From a virus, in the IMG/VR virus record IMGVR_UViG_3300028581_002181, positions 32,001-96,000 of that record: 64,000 nt of DNA; one strand, written 5' to 3'. Position numbers and translations under genes: made by a program. Every line of letters begins with the position of its first letter. Position 1 is the stretch's first letter. Positions 48,098-56,711 of this stretch are shown piece after piece. The notes below the pieces were generated by a model, which saw only the letters and a program-made list of their open reading frames with translations, did not search any database and was not told the DNA's origin.

Positions 48098-48288
48098 ATT
48101 TTTAATTGTTTTCTATATTCTTCTATTTGTGTTTTGATCGCCAGTTTAATTTTCTTATAATTCTTTAATAATGCTTTGCTCTCCCAACTTCTATCATGTT
48201 CTCTTTCCTGTTCCATTTCTTCAGTTTTTCTATGATAGTAATCAAATTCGTGTTCTAATTTTTTTAAACTTTTATTCTTTTTGCTCAT
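48094..48288 (-). CDS. Small basic coiled-coil protein
   Basis: GGAGG RBS; LKKLEHE...KKIKLAIKTQI. Confidence 0.6.
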   Translation of the reverse strand: MSKKNKSLKKLEHEFDYYHRKTEEMEQEREHDRSWESKALLKNYKKIKLAIKTQIEEYRKQLKI

Positions 48289-48289
48289 G

Positions 48290-49753
48290 CTATACCTCCT
48301 CAAATAAGTTAGAAAATTGTGTTGAAGCATTCACTGTTTTTTTGCCTGTGGCGCCTCTGGTGCCTATGATACTCATCCAAAATCTATTGTATTCCTCAAT
48401 CACTGCTTCTGCTGTGTCTCTGCTGTCTGTGGCAAATATTGCTTCCACTATGTCTTTGAATGCCACTTTATCAAATTTTTCTTCCACCAACATGCGTGGA
48501 GTTAATCCTGCGTCATACTGTCTGTTGGCTTCCTGCACAGCATTGATATGTGTCCAAACATTGTGTGCCATTTGTAATGTGTAACTGAATGAATCCCAAG
48601 ATGTTTTGGGATCACCACCCACTTTGTTTTTGTCTCCTGGCGCATAGCAGGTCACATCTTTCAACTGTAATCTTTGACTGATTGGGCTATCTTGAAAATT
48701 ATCAAATATCTTTTCTTGCAACACAGCATCTCTAAACATTCTAGTGTCACCAGCATATTTTTTATCATCTATGCTGGCAGCCATTCTATATGACCATTTT
48801 TCTCTGTCTTTGATATCCACTTCTGTGTAAATTTGTCCATTAGCAGATGCTAGGAATGGAGAAGCACAATCAAAACTCATAGTGAAATTTTCATTGTGAT
48901 ATTTTCGCACAGCTCTTTGTATGTCTGTCAACAACACTGCCCATTCCAGTTTGGATGTGCCTAGGAAGTGCATCCAATCATGCACACCTTTTTCTAATAA
49001 GCCATCAAATCTCAATGCCACCAATCTTTTCAATATAAGATGCACATCACACATGTTCTGACCGCCCATTGCCCAACCATTAAAATGAGTGGTGGGATAT
49101 TTTTTAGGATCACAGTAATCTTTCATCTGTTGATACCAATCATCTGCTTGTTGAAAGTTTTCACCTTGCAACACATTTAAAAACTTACAAGCACCCGTTC
49201 TAGTCTTCATGAAGTAATCATTGTTGATTCTGGTGCCATCCACTGCTTCTTGATAGGAATTGATATTGCTGGCTTTGGCACCTTCTGGAGAACGTGAAAC
49301 CCATGCTGGAATATCCAATATCATACCATAGTCCATGTTGGCATCCATCCAAGTGAGCACCTGTTCTCGCTTCTTCTTGGCTCGGGGACAAGTGGGATCT
49401 TTCCAATTGCCTTCCCATACTCCTTTACCAATCTGAAACCCTCCTGAATCACCCAGTACAAAACTGGTTTTTCTATCTCGGTTTCTTATGATGTCATCTC
49501 TGGCACTAAATTTGTCCATGTTCAAGTCAGCATGACCTGCACTGTACAAATGCCATCTGTAATGAAAATATGTGTTGGTGGGCACAAGATAATTCATGCC
49601 TTCTATGCCATGATTAAAAGCAGCCGGAATCCTATGAGGCAGAATATAATCTTTCTCATGTCTGGCTTTGCCTATATCTCTCGCATAGAAACTGCTCAAC
49701 GCCGGCAGAAAAATAGCGTAATCCTTTTGTTGTGCTGTTAAGTCAGTGTGCAT
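48290..49753 (-). CDS. dpdA: DpdA/TGT-family 7-deazaguanine transglycosylase-like protein
   Basis: TGT catalytic motifs GDSGGFQ, ILDIP, NVLQG, GWAMGG, HFLG, SFDCASP; co-located with folE, queE and the QueD-like gene. Confidence 0.75.
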   Translation of the reverse strand: MHTDLTAQQKDYAIFLPALSSFYARDIGKARHEKDYILPHRIPAAFNHGIEGMNYLVPTNTYFHYRWHLYSAGHADLNMDKFSARDDIIRNRDRKTSFVLGDSGGFQIGKGVWEGNWKDPTCPRAKKKREQVLTWMDANMDYGMILDIPAWVSRSPEGAKASNINSYQEAVDGTRINNDYFMKTRTGACKFLNVLQGENFQQADDWYQQMKDYCDPKKYPTTHFNGWAMGGQNMCDVHLILKRLVALRFDGLLEKGVHDWMHFLGTSKLEWAVLLTDIQRAVRKYHNENFTMSFDCASPFLASANGQIYTEVDIKDREKWSYRMAASIDDKKYAGDTRMFRDAVLQEKIFDNFQDSPISQRLQLKDVTCYAPGDKNKVGGDPKTSWDSFSYTLQMAHNVWTHINAVQEANRQYDAGLTPRMLVEEKFDKVAFKDIVEAIFATDSRDTAEAVIEEYNRFWMSIIGTRGATGKKTVNASTQFSNLFEEV

Positions 49754-49770
49754 AAATTTACTTGTGTAAA

Positions 49771-50499
49771 CTATTTGGTCTGTGCTGGCAATATATAATT
49801 GTATTCAGCGATACCACTGTCCACAGTTAATTGCATAGCACCTTGATCACTAAGACTCATTTTGATCTTGCCATCAAGATTCAATATGCTGATTACCTGT
49901 TGAATGGGCCAACTCCAACCTTGTTTCAATTCACCCACCACATTGGCTTGGAATATAAAACTTCCTGCATGCGAATTAGCATCTCCAAAGTAAAACATCA
50001 AATTCTTGTTTTCAGTTTTTACTGTGAACACAGTTTCTTCTGTGTGTGCTGCTGCCTGCAGTTTTAATCTTTGAATACTGGCCAGTGTGGGTTCAAATTC
50101 TATGCTCCAAGCTGTGCCTTTAAACTTGATTGATTTAAGTTTTTCATTGATGATTTCAGTGTTCATAAATCTGTAATCATTTTGGAAATCACCTGATGAA
50201 TTTTCAAAGTGAATATGAGTTGGAATTTCCACTCCATTGCGTGTGGCTTTGACCACATTTAATTTAGCGTCTTTTTGATACTCAGGACATTTCAAATGCA
50301 ATGCCAGTTTGTCCAAGTTAGGCATACCAAATGTACCTGTAAATTCAAATACTTTTTTATTGGTTGTTGCTGAAAGAATAACTGATCTGTCTTCAGCCAT
50401 ACTTTCAATTTTGGTTTTTTCTTCGTTGGTAACTTTTACTAGACTCAAAAATCCTAATTGATGAGTGTGTGCTACCACGTCTTGTAAGATGTCTTTCAT
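49771..50499 (-). CDS. Probable DNA polymerase sliding clamp (gp45-like)
   Basis: 242 aa with a repeating beta-alpha pattern, near PolB; context-based call. Confidence 0.6.
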   Translation of the reverse strand: MKDILQDVVAHTHQLGFLSLVKVTNEEKTKIESMAEDRSVILSATTNKKVFEFTGTFGMPNLDKLALHLKCPEYQKDAKLNVVKATRNGVEIPTHIHFENSSGDFQNDYRFMNTEIINEKLKSIKFKGTAWSIEFEPTLASIQRLKLQAAAHTEETVFTVKTENKNLMFYFGDANSHAGSFIFQANVVGELKQGWSWPIQQVISILNLDGKIKMSLSDQGAMQLTVDSGIAEYNYILPAQTK

Positions 50500-50523
50500 T
50501 TTGTGTTCTCCATTGTTGTGTTC

Positions 50524-50552
50524 ATTATATTTAGGCCTTAGTCAGAAGTCAA
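50524..50552 (-). promoter_or_regulatory. Dual promoter: sigma70 TTGACT-17-TATAAT overlapping late core CTAAATA
   Basis: TTGACT 50552-50547, TATAAT 50529-50524, CTAAATA 50534-50528; GGAGA RBS. Confidence 0.78.
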
Positions 50553-51305
50553 GTGATATTTGTTTTTAATGTACTCAATCACATTAACTTTTGGTTCCCA
50601 ACCTAAATCTCTTAATTCTTTGATATTGGCACAGTTGTCCATTCTTTCGAACTCATCACCTTTAACTGATGCATAATTCGTTATGCCTGCCGAATCCACC
50701 AAAGTTTTTAAATTGTTGCTGATTCCACAGCCCACGTCTATTACTCCTGTGATGTCTTTGGTCATCAATAGATCTATGGCAGACACAATATCACTCACAT
50801 GTATGAAATCTCTGGTATGATCAGTGATGTACTGTATGTTATTTTTGAATAATTTAGACATAAACATATCTGCACGGCCATCTTCAGCCCACACAGTGGT
50901 AAATCTTAATCCCAAACTATTTTTTGGTGCAATTTTTTCCATAGCAAATTTACTGAATCCATAAGGATTCAATTCTGGTTCGGCAGCTGAACTGCTGCTG
51001 GCATATATTATCTTTGTGTTGGGAAAGGCAGCAAATAATTTTTGACTTGCCAACACATTATTTTGCCAATATTTTATAGGATTCTGTAAACTGTCTCGCA
51101 CAGAAGCTATACCAGCCAAATGTATCACTAGATCCACATCATAATTTAAATCACAAGTGAGTAGATCTTGCTGATTGTTTCGATCCAATCCAATCACTGT
51201 GTGTGCAAATTCCAGCACTCCATTTCGCATCACTCTCACTGTGCTCAAATAATCACGCAGATATGACCCTATAAATCCTAGATGTCCTGTCAATAGTATT
51301 TTCAT
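50538..51305 (-). CDS. NAD-dependent nucleotide-sugar epimerase/dehydratase
   Basis: TGHLGFIGS, VIHLAG, YASSS, YGFSK (YxxxK), LRFTTV, RDFIHV.D. Confidence 0.9.
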   Translation of the reverse strand: MKILLTGHLGFIGSYLRDYLSTVRVMRNGVLEFAHTVIGLDRNNQQDLLTCDLNYDVDLVIHLAGIASVRDSLQNPIKYWQNNVLASQKLFAAFPNTKIIYASSSSAAEPELNPYGFSKFAMEKIAPKNSLGLRFTTVWAEDGRADMFMSKLFKNNIQYITDHTRDFIHVSDIVSAIDLLMTKDITGVIDVGCGISNNLKTLVDSAGITNYASVKGDEFERMDNCANIKELRDLGWEPKVNVIEYIKNKYHLTSD

Positions 51306-51841
51306 TTTTTCTTCACTCCCAGTTGTTTAAAAACTTGTTGCACACATTTGGCCTGATAGTAACAGTCAGCCAATGCATTGTGTAGACTGCTCTGCATGCT
51401 CTTTCTAGGATCCTCAGGCATCAGATCAAACAGTGTGCGACTGTCTCTAATCTGCCAATAGTTGAAAGGCACAGGTGTACGAGCTTGTTCATATAAATTT
51501 TGTATGATGGCATAGTCAAACAATGGACCTTGACACCACAGCTGATCCAATCCCACACACCATTTGTTGAATTCTTTGGCAAAGTCTGCAATGATCACTC
51601 GATCTGTGTCTCCCAATGCTTCATCACGTATCTCGGGTGCCTGTCTGCCCCACCATTCGATGGTGCCTTCATCCACAGTTCTACCCAATGCAGTCTGTTC
51701 ATCCACATTCAATCTCCAGTATCTGCCTTCATAAGGTTCCGAATCTGAGTGTGGATCAAACTTGATAGCGCCCACAGTCAATATGGCAGCATCTGGTCGA
51801 GTGCCTAATGTTTCTAAATCTACCATGCCGTATCTTGCCAT
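51302..51841 (-). CDS. DEDD 3'-5' exonuclease (DexA-like)
   Basis: MVDLETLG, GPLFD, WQIRDSRT, HNALADC. Confidence 0.85.
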   Translation of the reverse strand: MARYGMVDLETLGTRPDAAILTVGAIKFDPHSDSEPYEGRYWRLNVDEQTALGRTVDEGTIEWWGRQAPEIRDEALGDTDRVIIADFAKEFNKWCVGLDQLWCQGPLFDYAIIQNLYEQARTPVPFNYWQIRDSRTLFDLMPEDPRKSMQSSLHNALADCYYQAKCVQQVFKQLGVKKK

Positions 51842-54514
51842 CTAATCTCCCAAGTCAAATAATGTGTTGAATGTGTTGCCTGTTTCTGTGCTTTGAATAT
51901 CCCAATCCAGCACTCCCAACAGGTTGCCCAATTTACTATCGATCACTGTGGTCTCCATGGCTGCATGATCAAAAGGTAATTCTTTAAACCATTGTGGTAT
52001 TCTCAATTGATCTGTGGGATAGGCCACACTGGTATAATCTAACGGGTTATTTTTAAGTTTGCACACAATCACTTTCATACCATCCACAATCTCTATACTG
52101 TATCTGTCATTGTTCATGCGTTTGAGTGTGTTCCAATTGATGCTGGCTCTCACATGTCCTGGCATGTTGGCTTTGCCTTGTGCTTTTTCTTTCTTTTGAT
52201 AATCTGCCACATTGTTGGCACGTTTGGGTGAGCCTTTTTCCCAACCTGGACGCAGTTTGAATTCATTTCTAAATGTGCTGATTCTTTCCAGCACTGCTTT
52301 CTCATCCGATTTGGTCAACACCATCAGTAATATCTCACTCAAAAAATCCTGCACGAACACCGGAGTGTCCGAACGTTTGAGATCCAATCCCATGGCTTTT
52401 ACTTTGCCTGGTTTTCCTTCTACATCCATACGATTGCCTTCCAATTCATATATCAGCACAGCATATCTTTTTTTAGTGATAAACAATCCTGTTTCACTGA
52501 TGGATTCACGACCTGCTTGAATCACTTCTGCTCTTGTTTTTGGACAATGAAATGCTTCACTCATGAATGCTTTAAAACTGTTGTTGACTTCTTCAGCCAC
52601 TTGATCATACAGTCTAATCACACTCTCTTTGCTCCAAGGAATCAATCCAGCATCAATATCTTTCTTTAAAACTTTGTAAGCACTAAAATAAGCAGAGTCT
52701 GTGTCACCATATATCACAGCATCACCCAGATGATCGTATGTGCCTGTGATCACTTCGTTGATCTTGGCTGCCATGTGTTTGCTGATGGTTCTACCTGTGA
52801 GCGTGGTGGATTGACCTATGCGTTTATCAAAGAATCTACAGCCTGGATTCAATATGGCACCATACAGCGAATTCAAATTAATTTTTTTGACCAATTGTCT
52901 TTTGTCCCAAAATTCAATTTCTGCTTGATTGCTGGCATGTTGTGCTTTCTTTTTCATGGCTTGCATTTCTGTTCTTTCCTGATACCATGTTTTCAACAAG
53001 CCAGGAATAACTCCTTCAAACTCTGTGGTAAACATGGTGCCATTGGCACTGATCATGATGGGATTTCTGCTTTCAAATATCATTTTGTAAATTTCTGCAC
53101 CACTTTTTACCTCGGTTCTACCATCTTCCCAATCAATGGTGATGGGCTGATCTCGTCTCTGAGTCATCACATATTCATACTCCAAACTGCCAAATTTGTT
53201 TTCCCATGCTGCTGCAAATGATTTGCCTTGCAGATTAATCTGATCCTGTAGGAATGCTTCAGTGTAGGTGGGTCTCAATTGTCCTACCACACATTCAGGA
53301 GCCATGTTGAGTGCTCTGATCACACTAGGATACAGTGAATTCAAGTCCATGGATCCTATCCAGTCATGCAGTCCTTTTTTGGGAAATGCCACATAAGCAC
53401 CTGCTGCAGTGGTGTCATCACCCTCTGCTCTGTGTGGTCTATTGGGCACTTGCAATCCTCTTTTGTGTGCTTCATTGATAATGGCTTGCTCAGTCACGGC
53501 CACTGCTCCCATAGTGGTTTGCATCAACACAGTGTTGGCGTGTGCCAGTTCATTGCTGAGTTCTAAAAATTTAAGTTTTTTATCCAAATTGTTCAGCAGT
53601 TGCACGTCCTGTCTATTGTATTCCACAAAAGTTTTAAAATCTTGGTTGTACAATTGATCCAAGGTGCCTTCATACACTGTTTTCTTCTCTCCCAACTCCA
53701 TTTCACCTATGGCATCCAATCTGTATGTGTGGCGTTCTTCATAGGTATATTTTCTATACAGTTCCAAACTGTCTATGTGTACTCTGCCCACTAGATCATA
53801 GGTTTCTTGCTCACGTCCATACTTTTCAAAAGTTCTTTTTTTGGGCATCTGTGACCACAAACAAAAACGTCTGGTGTCATCTTTGCTCAATACTTTGCTG
53901 ACTCTATTCACTAGATAAGGCATATCATAGCCTTCTGAGTTCCATCCACTCAGCACATCCACATCTTCTATGATGTCCAAGAATGCCTGCAGCATGTCTG
54001 CTTCACGCTCATACAGATACAAATTTTCAATGTGCTTGGTCTGCTCTCGGGCTTGCTCCATGTTTAATGTCTTGGGAATCAGTGCAAAAGTAACCATGCT
54101 GTTGATCCATTGTAGATACACAGTGATGGCAGTGACTGGCATGAAGGGGTCTGAGGGATCAGCGAATCCTTTTTCAGGATCAAAGTCTGCTTCTATGTCA
54201 AAAAATGCCACATTCAGTTTGGGAGCATCGTGGTTGAGATAATTGGCACTGAGACATTGAAATATGGGATTGATGTCGGATTCAAATAATTTTTTGTTCC
54301 TATTGATGGCCAATTCTTTGTGAAAGTCTTTGGTGTTTTTGCTGACGATCCTGCTGAGACTGTTGCCATAGATACTTCTAAATTTGCCATTGGCATCTTC
54401 ATAAAAAAATGTGTATCTAATGGGATATTCTTTGTAGATTCTTTTGCCTTCTTTGCGTTCTACCACGCGAATGATATCGTGATTTCTATCGAAAAATGCG
54501 TCTATGTAACTCAT
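51842..54514 (-). CDS. polB: Family B DNA polymerase (T4 gp43-like)
   Basis: FDIE, GWNSEGYD, DLNSLYPS, KINLNSLYG, YGDTDS, KKRY. Confidence 0.97.
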   Translation of the reverse strand: MSYIDAFFDRNHDIIRVVERKEGKRIYKEYPIRYTFFYEDANGKFRSIYGNSLSRIVSKNTKDFHKELAINRNKKLFESDINPIFQCLSANYLNHDAPKLNVAFFDIEADFDPEKGFADPSDPFMPVTAITVYLQWINSMVTFALIPKTLNMEQAREQTKHIENLYLYEREADMLQAFLDIIEDVDVLSGWNSEGYDMPYLVNRVSKVLSKDDTRRFCLWSQMPKKRTFEKYGREQETYDLVGRVHIDSLELYRKYTYEERHTYRLDAIGEMELGEKKTVYEGTLDQLYNQDFKTFVEYNRQDVQLLNNLDKKLKFLELSNELAHANTVLMQTTMGAVAVTEQAIINEAHKRGLQVPNRPHRAEGDDTTAAGAYVAFPKKGLHDWIGSMDLNSLYPSVIRALNMAPECVVGQLRPTYTEAFLQDQINLQGKSFAAAWENKFGSLEYEYVMTQRRDQPITIDWEDGRTEVKSGAEIYKMIFESRNPIMISANGTMFTTEFEGVIPGLLKTWYQERTEMQAMKKKAQHASNQAEIEFWDKRQLVKKINLNSLYGAILNPGCRFFDKRIGQSTTLTGRTISKHMAAKINEVITGTYDHLGDAVIYGDTDSAYFSAYKVLKKDIDAGLIPWSKESVIRLYDQVAEEVNNSFKAFMSEAFHCPKTRAEVIQAGRESISETGLFITKKRYAVLIYELEGNRMDVEGKPGKVKAMGLDLKRSDTPVFVQDFLSEILLMVLTKSDEKAVLERISTFRNEFKLRPGWEKGSPKRANNVADYQKKEKAQGKANMPGHVRASINWNTLKRMNNDRYSIEIVDGMKVIVCKLKNNPLDYTSVAYPTDQLRIPQWFKELPFDHAAMETTVIDSKLGNLLGVLDWDIQSTETGNTFNTLFDLGD

Positions 54515-54527
54515 ATGTTCCCATCCA

Positions 54528-54575
54528 TGTCATTTGAGGCTGACACATACCAAACAATCGCTTATGGCCGATTAT
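54528..54575 (-). promoter_or_regulatory. Tandem 5-bp-stem/8-nt-loop hairpins in the polymerase leader (putative translational operator)
   Basis: On -: AATCG-GCCATAAG-CGATT and TGTCA-GCCTCAAA-TGACA, the second ending 13 nt before the ATG. Confidence 0.5.
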
Positions 54576-54578
54576 GCC

Positions 54579-54827
54579 TTACCTAATATAGTATAACAGT
54601 ATACCACCTATGCCCACACATGTCAACACAATGTTGGTCACTATGAGTGCCGATTCTCGCCAAATCAATGCCACCATCAACCAAAACACGCCACCCAAAG
54701 CCAGCAGTGCCGGACCCATGGGGTATAGTTCTGGAAAACCAGCATTCACAAATGTGCCCACTATCAGTATGGCAGTGGCAATCCATTTGAGGATTTGATC
54801 TAGCTTATTTGGTTTCATGTCTGTCAA
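54579..54827 (-). CDS. Small 3-TM membrane protein
   Basis: Three hydrophobic segments; WIATAILIVG...W...W. Confidence 0.7.
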   Translation of the reverse strand: MTDMKPNKLDQILKWIATAILIVGTFVNAGFPELYPMGPALLALGGVFWLMVALIWRESALIVTNIVLTCVGIGGILLYYIR

Positions 54828-55857
54828 AAATTCTATTGATCACATTGTTCACTCTCACAAAATGAGCACACTTGGGCATGTCTTTGATGCGTCTGGCTCC
54901 AATGTAGGTGCAGGTGCTTCGCACACCACCCAATATCTGTTCCACTGTGTCTTTCACAGAACCTCTGTCTTCCAACAGCACAGTCTTGCCTTCGGTGCCT
55001 CTGTAGCCATCTTTCCTTGCACCGTGTTGTTCAAATGCTGATTCCGAACTCATGCCGTAGAACACTCGCTTGCCATCTTGCAGTTCCAATTCTGATTCGT
55101 CATGTGCTGCCAGCATGCCTCCCAGCATCACCATGTGAGCACCTGCGCCTAATGCTTTGGCAATGTCTCCTGGCTGTGTGCAACCACCATCTGCTATGAT
55201 GTGTCCGCCCACGCCGTTGGCAGCATCTGCACATTCTATCACTGCTGAAAATTGTGGCACTCCCACTCCGGTCTGTGTTCTTGTGGTGCACACTGATCCT
55301 GGACCTATGCCAATCTTGACCACGTCTGCTCCGTTGATAATCAATTCTTCCACCATTTCTGGTGACACCACGTTGCCTGCTATGATGGTCTTGTCGGGAA
55401 ATTCTGATCTAATTCTTTTGACAAAGTCCACAAACTGCTCGTGATATGCGTTGGCCACATCTATGGTGATCATGTTGACATCTGGGTATTTTACCATGAC
55501 CTTTTTCAAGGTTTGATAGTCGGGAGAATTGTTGTCCCATATGGCACCTGTGCCTGTGCATGCACTCACATATTGTAATTTTAATCCAGTGCCCATTGCT
55601 CTGTCCCAATCTTCAATGGTGTAATGTTTTCTTAACACAGTCAGCAGTTTGTATTCCTGCAATGCTCTGGCCATGCTGAATGTGCCCACGCCATCCATGT
55701 TGCTGGCCACTATGGGCACAAATGCAATCTGTTGTTTGCTATTACGAAATGTGAAATCTCTGGTCATGTCCACATCACGTCTTGAACTCAGTGTGGATCT
55801 TTTGGGTTTTAATAGTACGTCTGCGTAATCAAGATGTATGTTATAATCTATTCTCAT
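54805..55857 (-). CDS. guaC: GMP reductase
   Basis: DYADVLLKPKRSTLSSR, ASNMDGVG, IDVANAY, KIGIGPGSVCTTR, IIADGG, FYGMSS, EGK, GGVRSTCTY. Confidence 0.93.
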   Translation of the reverse strand: MRIDYNIHLDYADVLLKPKRSTLSSRRDVDMTRDFTFRNSKQQIAFVPIVASNMDGVGTFSMARALQEYKLLTVLRKHYTIEDWDRAMGTGLKLQYVSACTGTGAIWDNNSPDYQTLKKVMVKYPDVNMITIDVANAYHEQFVDFVKRIRSEFPDKTIIAGNVVSPEMVEELIINGADVVKIGIGPGSVCTTRTQTGVGVPQFSAVIECADAANGVGGHIIADGGCTQPGDIAKALGAGAHMVMLGGMLAAHDESELELQDGKRVFYGMSSESAFEQHGARKDGYRGTEGKTVLLEDRGSVKDTVEQILGGVRSTCTYIGARRIKDMPKCAHFVRVNNVINRIFDRHETK

Positions 55858-56147
55858 TTAAAAAAATCCTTTGCGTTTACTGCTCTGTCATCCACCCAAA
55901 CATCATACACTGGTTTGCCCAAATTTACTGAATGGAATCTGCAACCCCATTCTGTCAATTGTTGACGTGTCAACTCACTCCAATCTTTGCCGGAGTTGCC
56001 ACCTCTTGCTGTGTAATAATGAATTTCGTGTCCATCATCATACAACTGATTAACCTGAGCAATGCGTGCGATGTCAGGTGTACTGTTGACATAATCGCTG
56101 CCTTTATTATAACAGATTGTGTTGTCAATGTCAATGATGTACTTCAT
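55854..56147 (-). CDS. Minimal HAD-superfamily phosphatase
   Basis: IIDIDNTIC, YTARG, GKP.YD.WVDDRA. Confidence 0.8.
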   Translation of the reverse strand: MKYIIDIDNTICYNKGSDYVNSTPDIARIAQVNQLYDDGHEIHYYTARGGNSGKDWSELTRQQLTEWGCRFHSVNLGKPVYDVWVDDRAVNAKDFFK

Positions 56148-56151
56148 TCTT

Positions 56152-56376
56152 TTACCAAACGTGTTTGAGCCAATTGTGCACTGCTATCAGTGCAATGACG
56201 AGGAAATATATCTGCTGTGTTTGTCTGGCTCTATCCTTGTCCAGTATGGCAATGTAATACCATAAGGATATGGATGCTAGGCAGATCAACCATCCCAACC
56301 ATTGAATGCTGATGATGGCCGTGGCGTGTATGGTGGCTGCTGTGATTCCAAAACCTGCCGCTACCCATCTGATCAT
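56152..56376 (-). CDS. Small 3-TM membrane protein
   Basis: Hydrophobic throughout; similar layout to 54579-54827. Confidence 0.65.
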   Translation of the reverse strand: MIRWVAAGFGITAATIHATAIISIQWLGWLICLASISLWYYIAILDKDRARQTQQIYFLVIALIAVHNWLKHVW

Positions 56377-56382
56377 TGGGTA

Positions 56383-56640
56383 TTACTTGTCTTTGCCCAC
56401 TGCTATCACCAAGTTTTCTAGATTATCAAACTCTTCAGCAACTTTGTTCCAATCACCTTTTTGAGCAATTTTGATCGCTCTGTTGATGATGGCTGGTTTA
56501 ATTTCCAATTCTTCTGCCACTGCTTTGATGGTGTCTTTCAAACCTGTGTTTAAATCTTCAATTTCTGAAAGCACATTCACACCTTCATCCACTATTTTTT
56601 TAAGTTTGGCTTGTTCTTCTGGGCCATATGTTCTTGCCAT
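56383..56640 (-). CDS. Small helical DNA-binding protein (T4 DsbA/GapR-like)
   Basis: LKKIVDEG...IEDLNTGLKDTIKAVAEELEIKP.IINRAIK; strong promoter and RBS. Confidence 0.55.
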   Translation of the reverse strand: MARTYGPEEQAKLKKIVDEGVNVLSEIEDLNTGLKDTIKAVAEELEIKPAIINRAIKIAQKGDWNKVAEEFDNLENLVIAVGKDK

Positions 56641-56668
56641 TTGTGTCTCCTTTGGTTAAGATTGTTGT

Positions 56669-56697
56669 ATTTTACTGTCATATTGTGTCAAAGTCAA
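56669..56697 (-). promoter_or_regulatory. Sigma70 promoter heading the replication operon
   Basis: TTGACT 56697-56692, 17 nt, TAAAAT 56674-56669; AAGGAGA RBS. Confidence 0.72.
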
Positions 56698-56711
56698 TGA
56701 TTTTATTTCAA

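Noticed and set aside
51842-54514. Intein or intron in the DNA polymerase
   Set aside because: 890 aa with contiguous PolB motifs and no splice-junction or homing-endonuclease motifs
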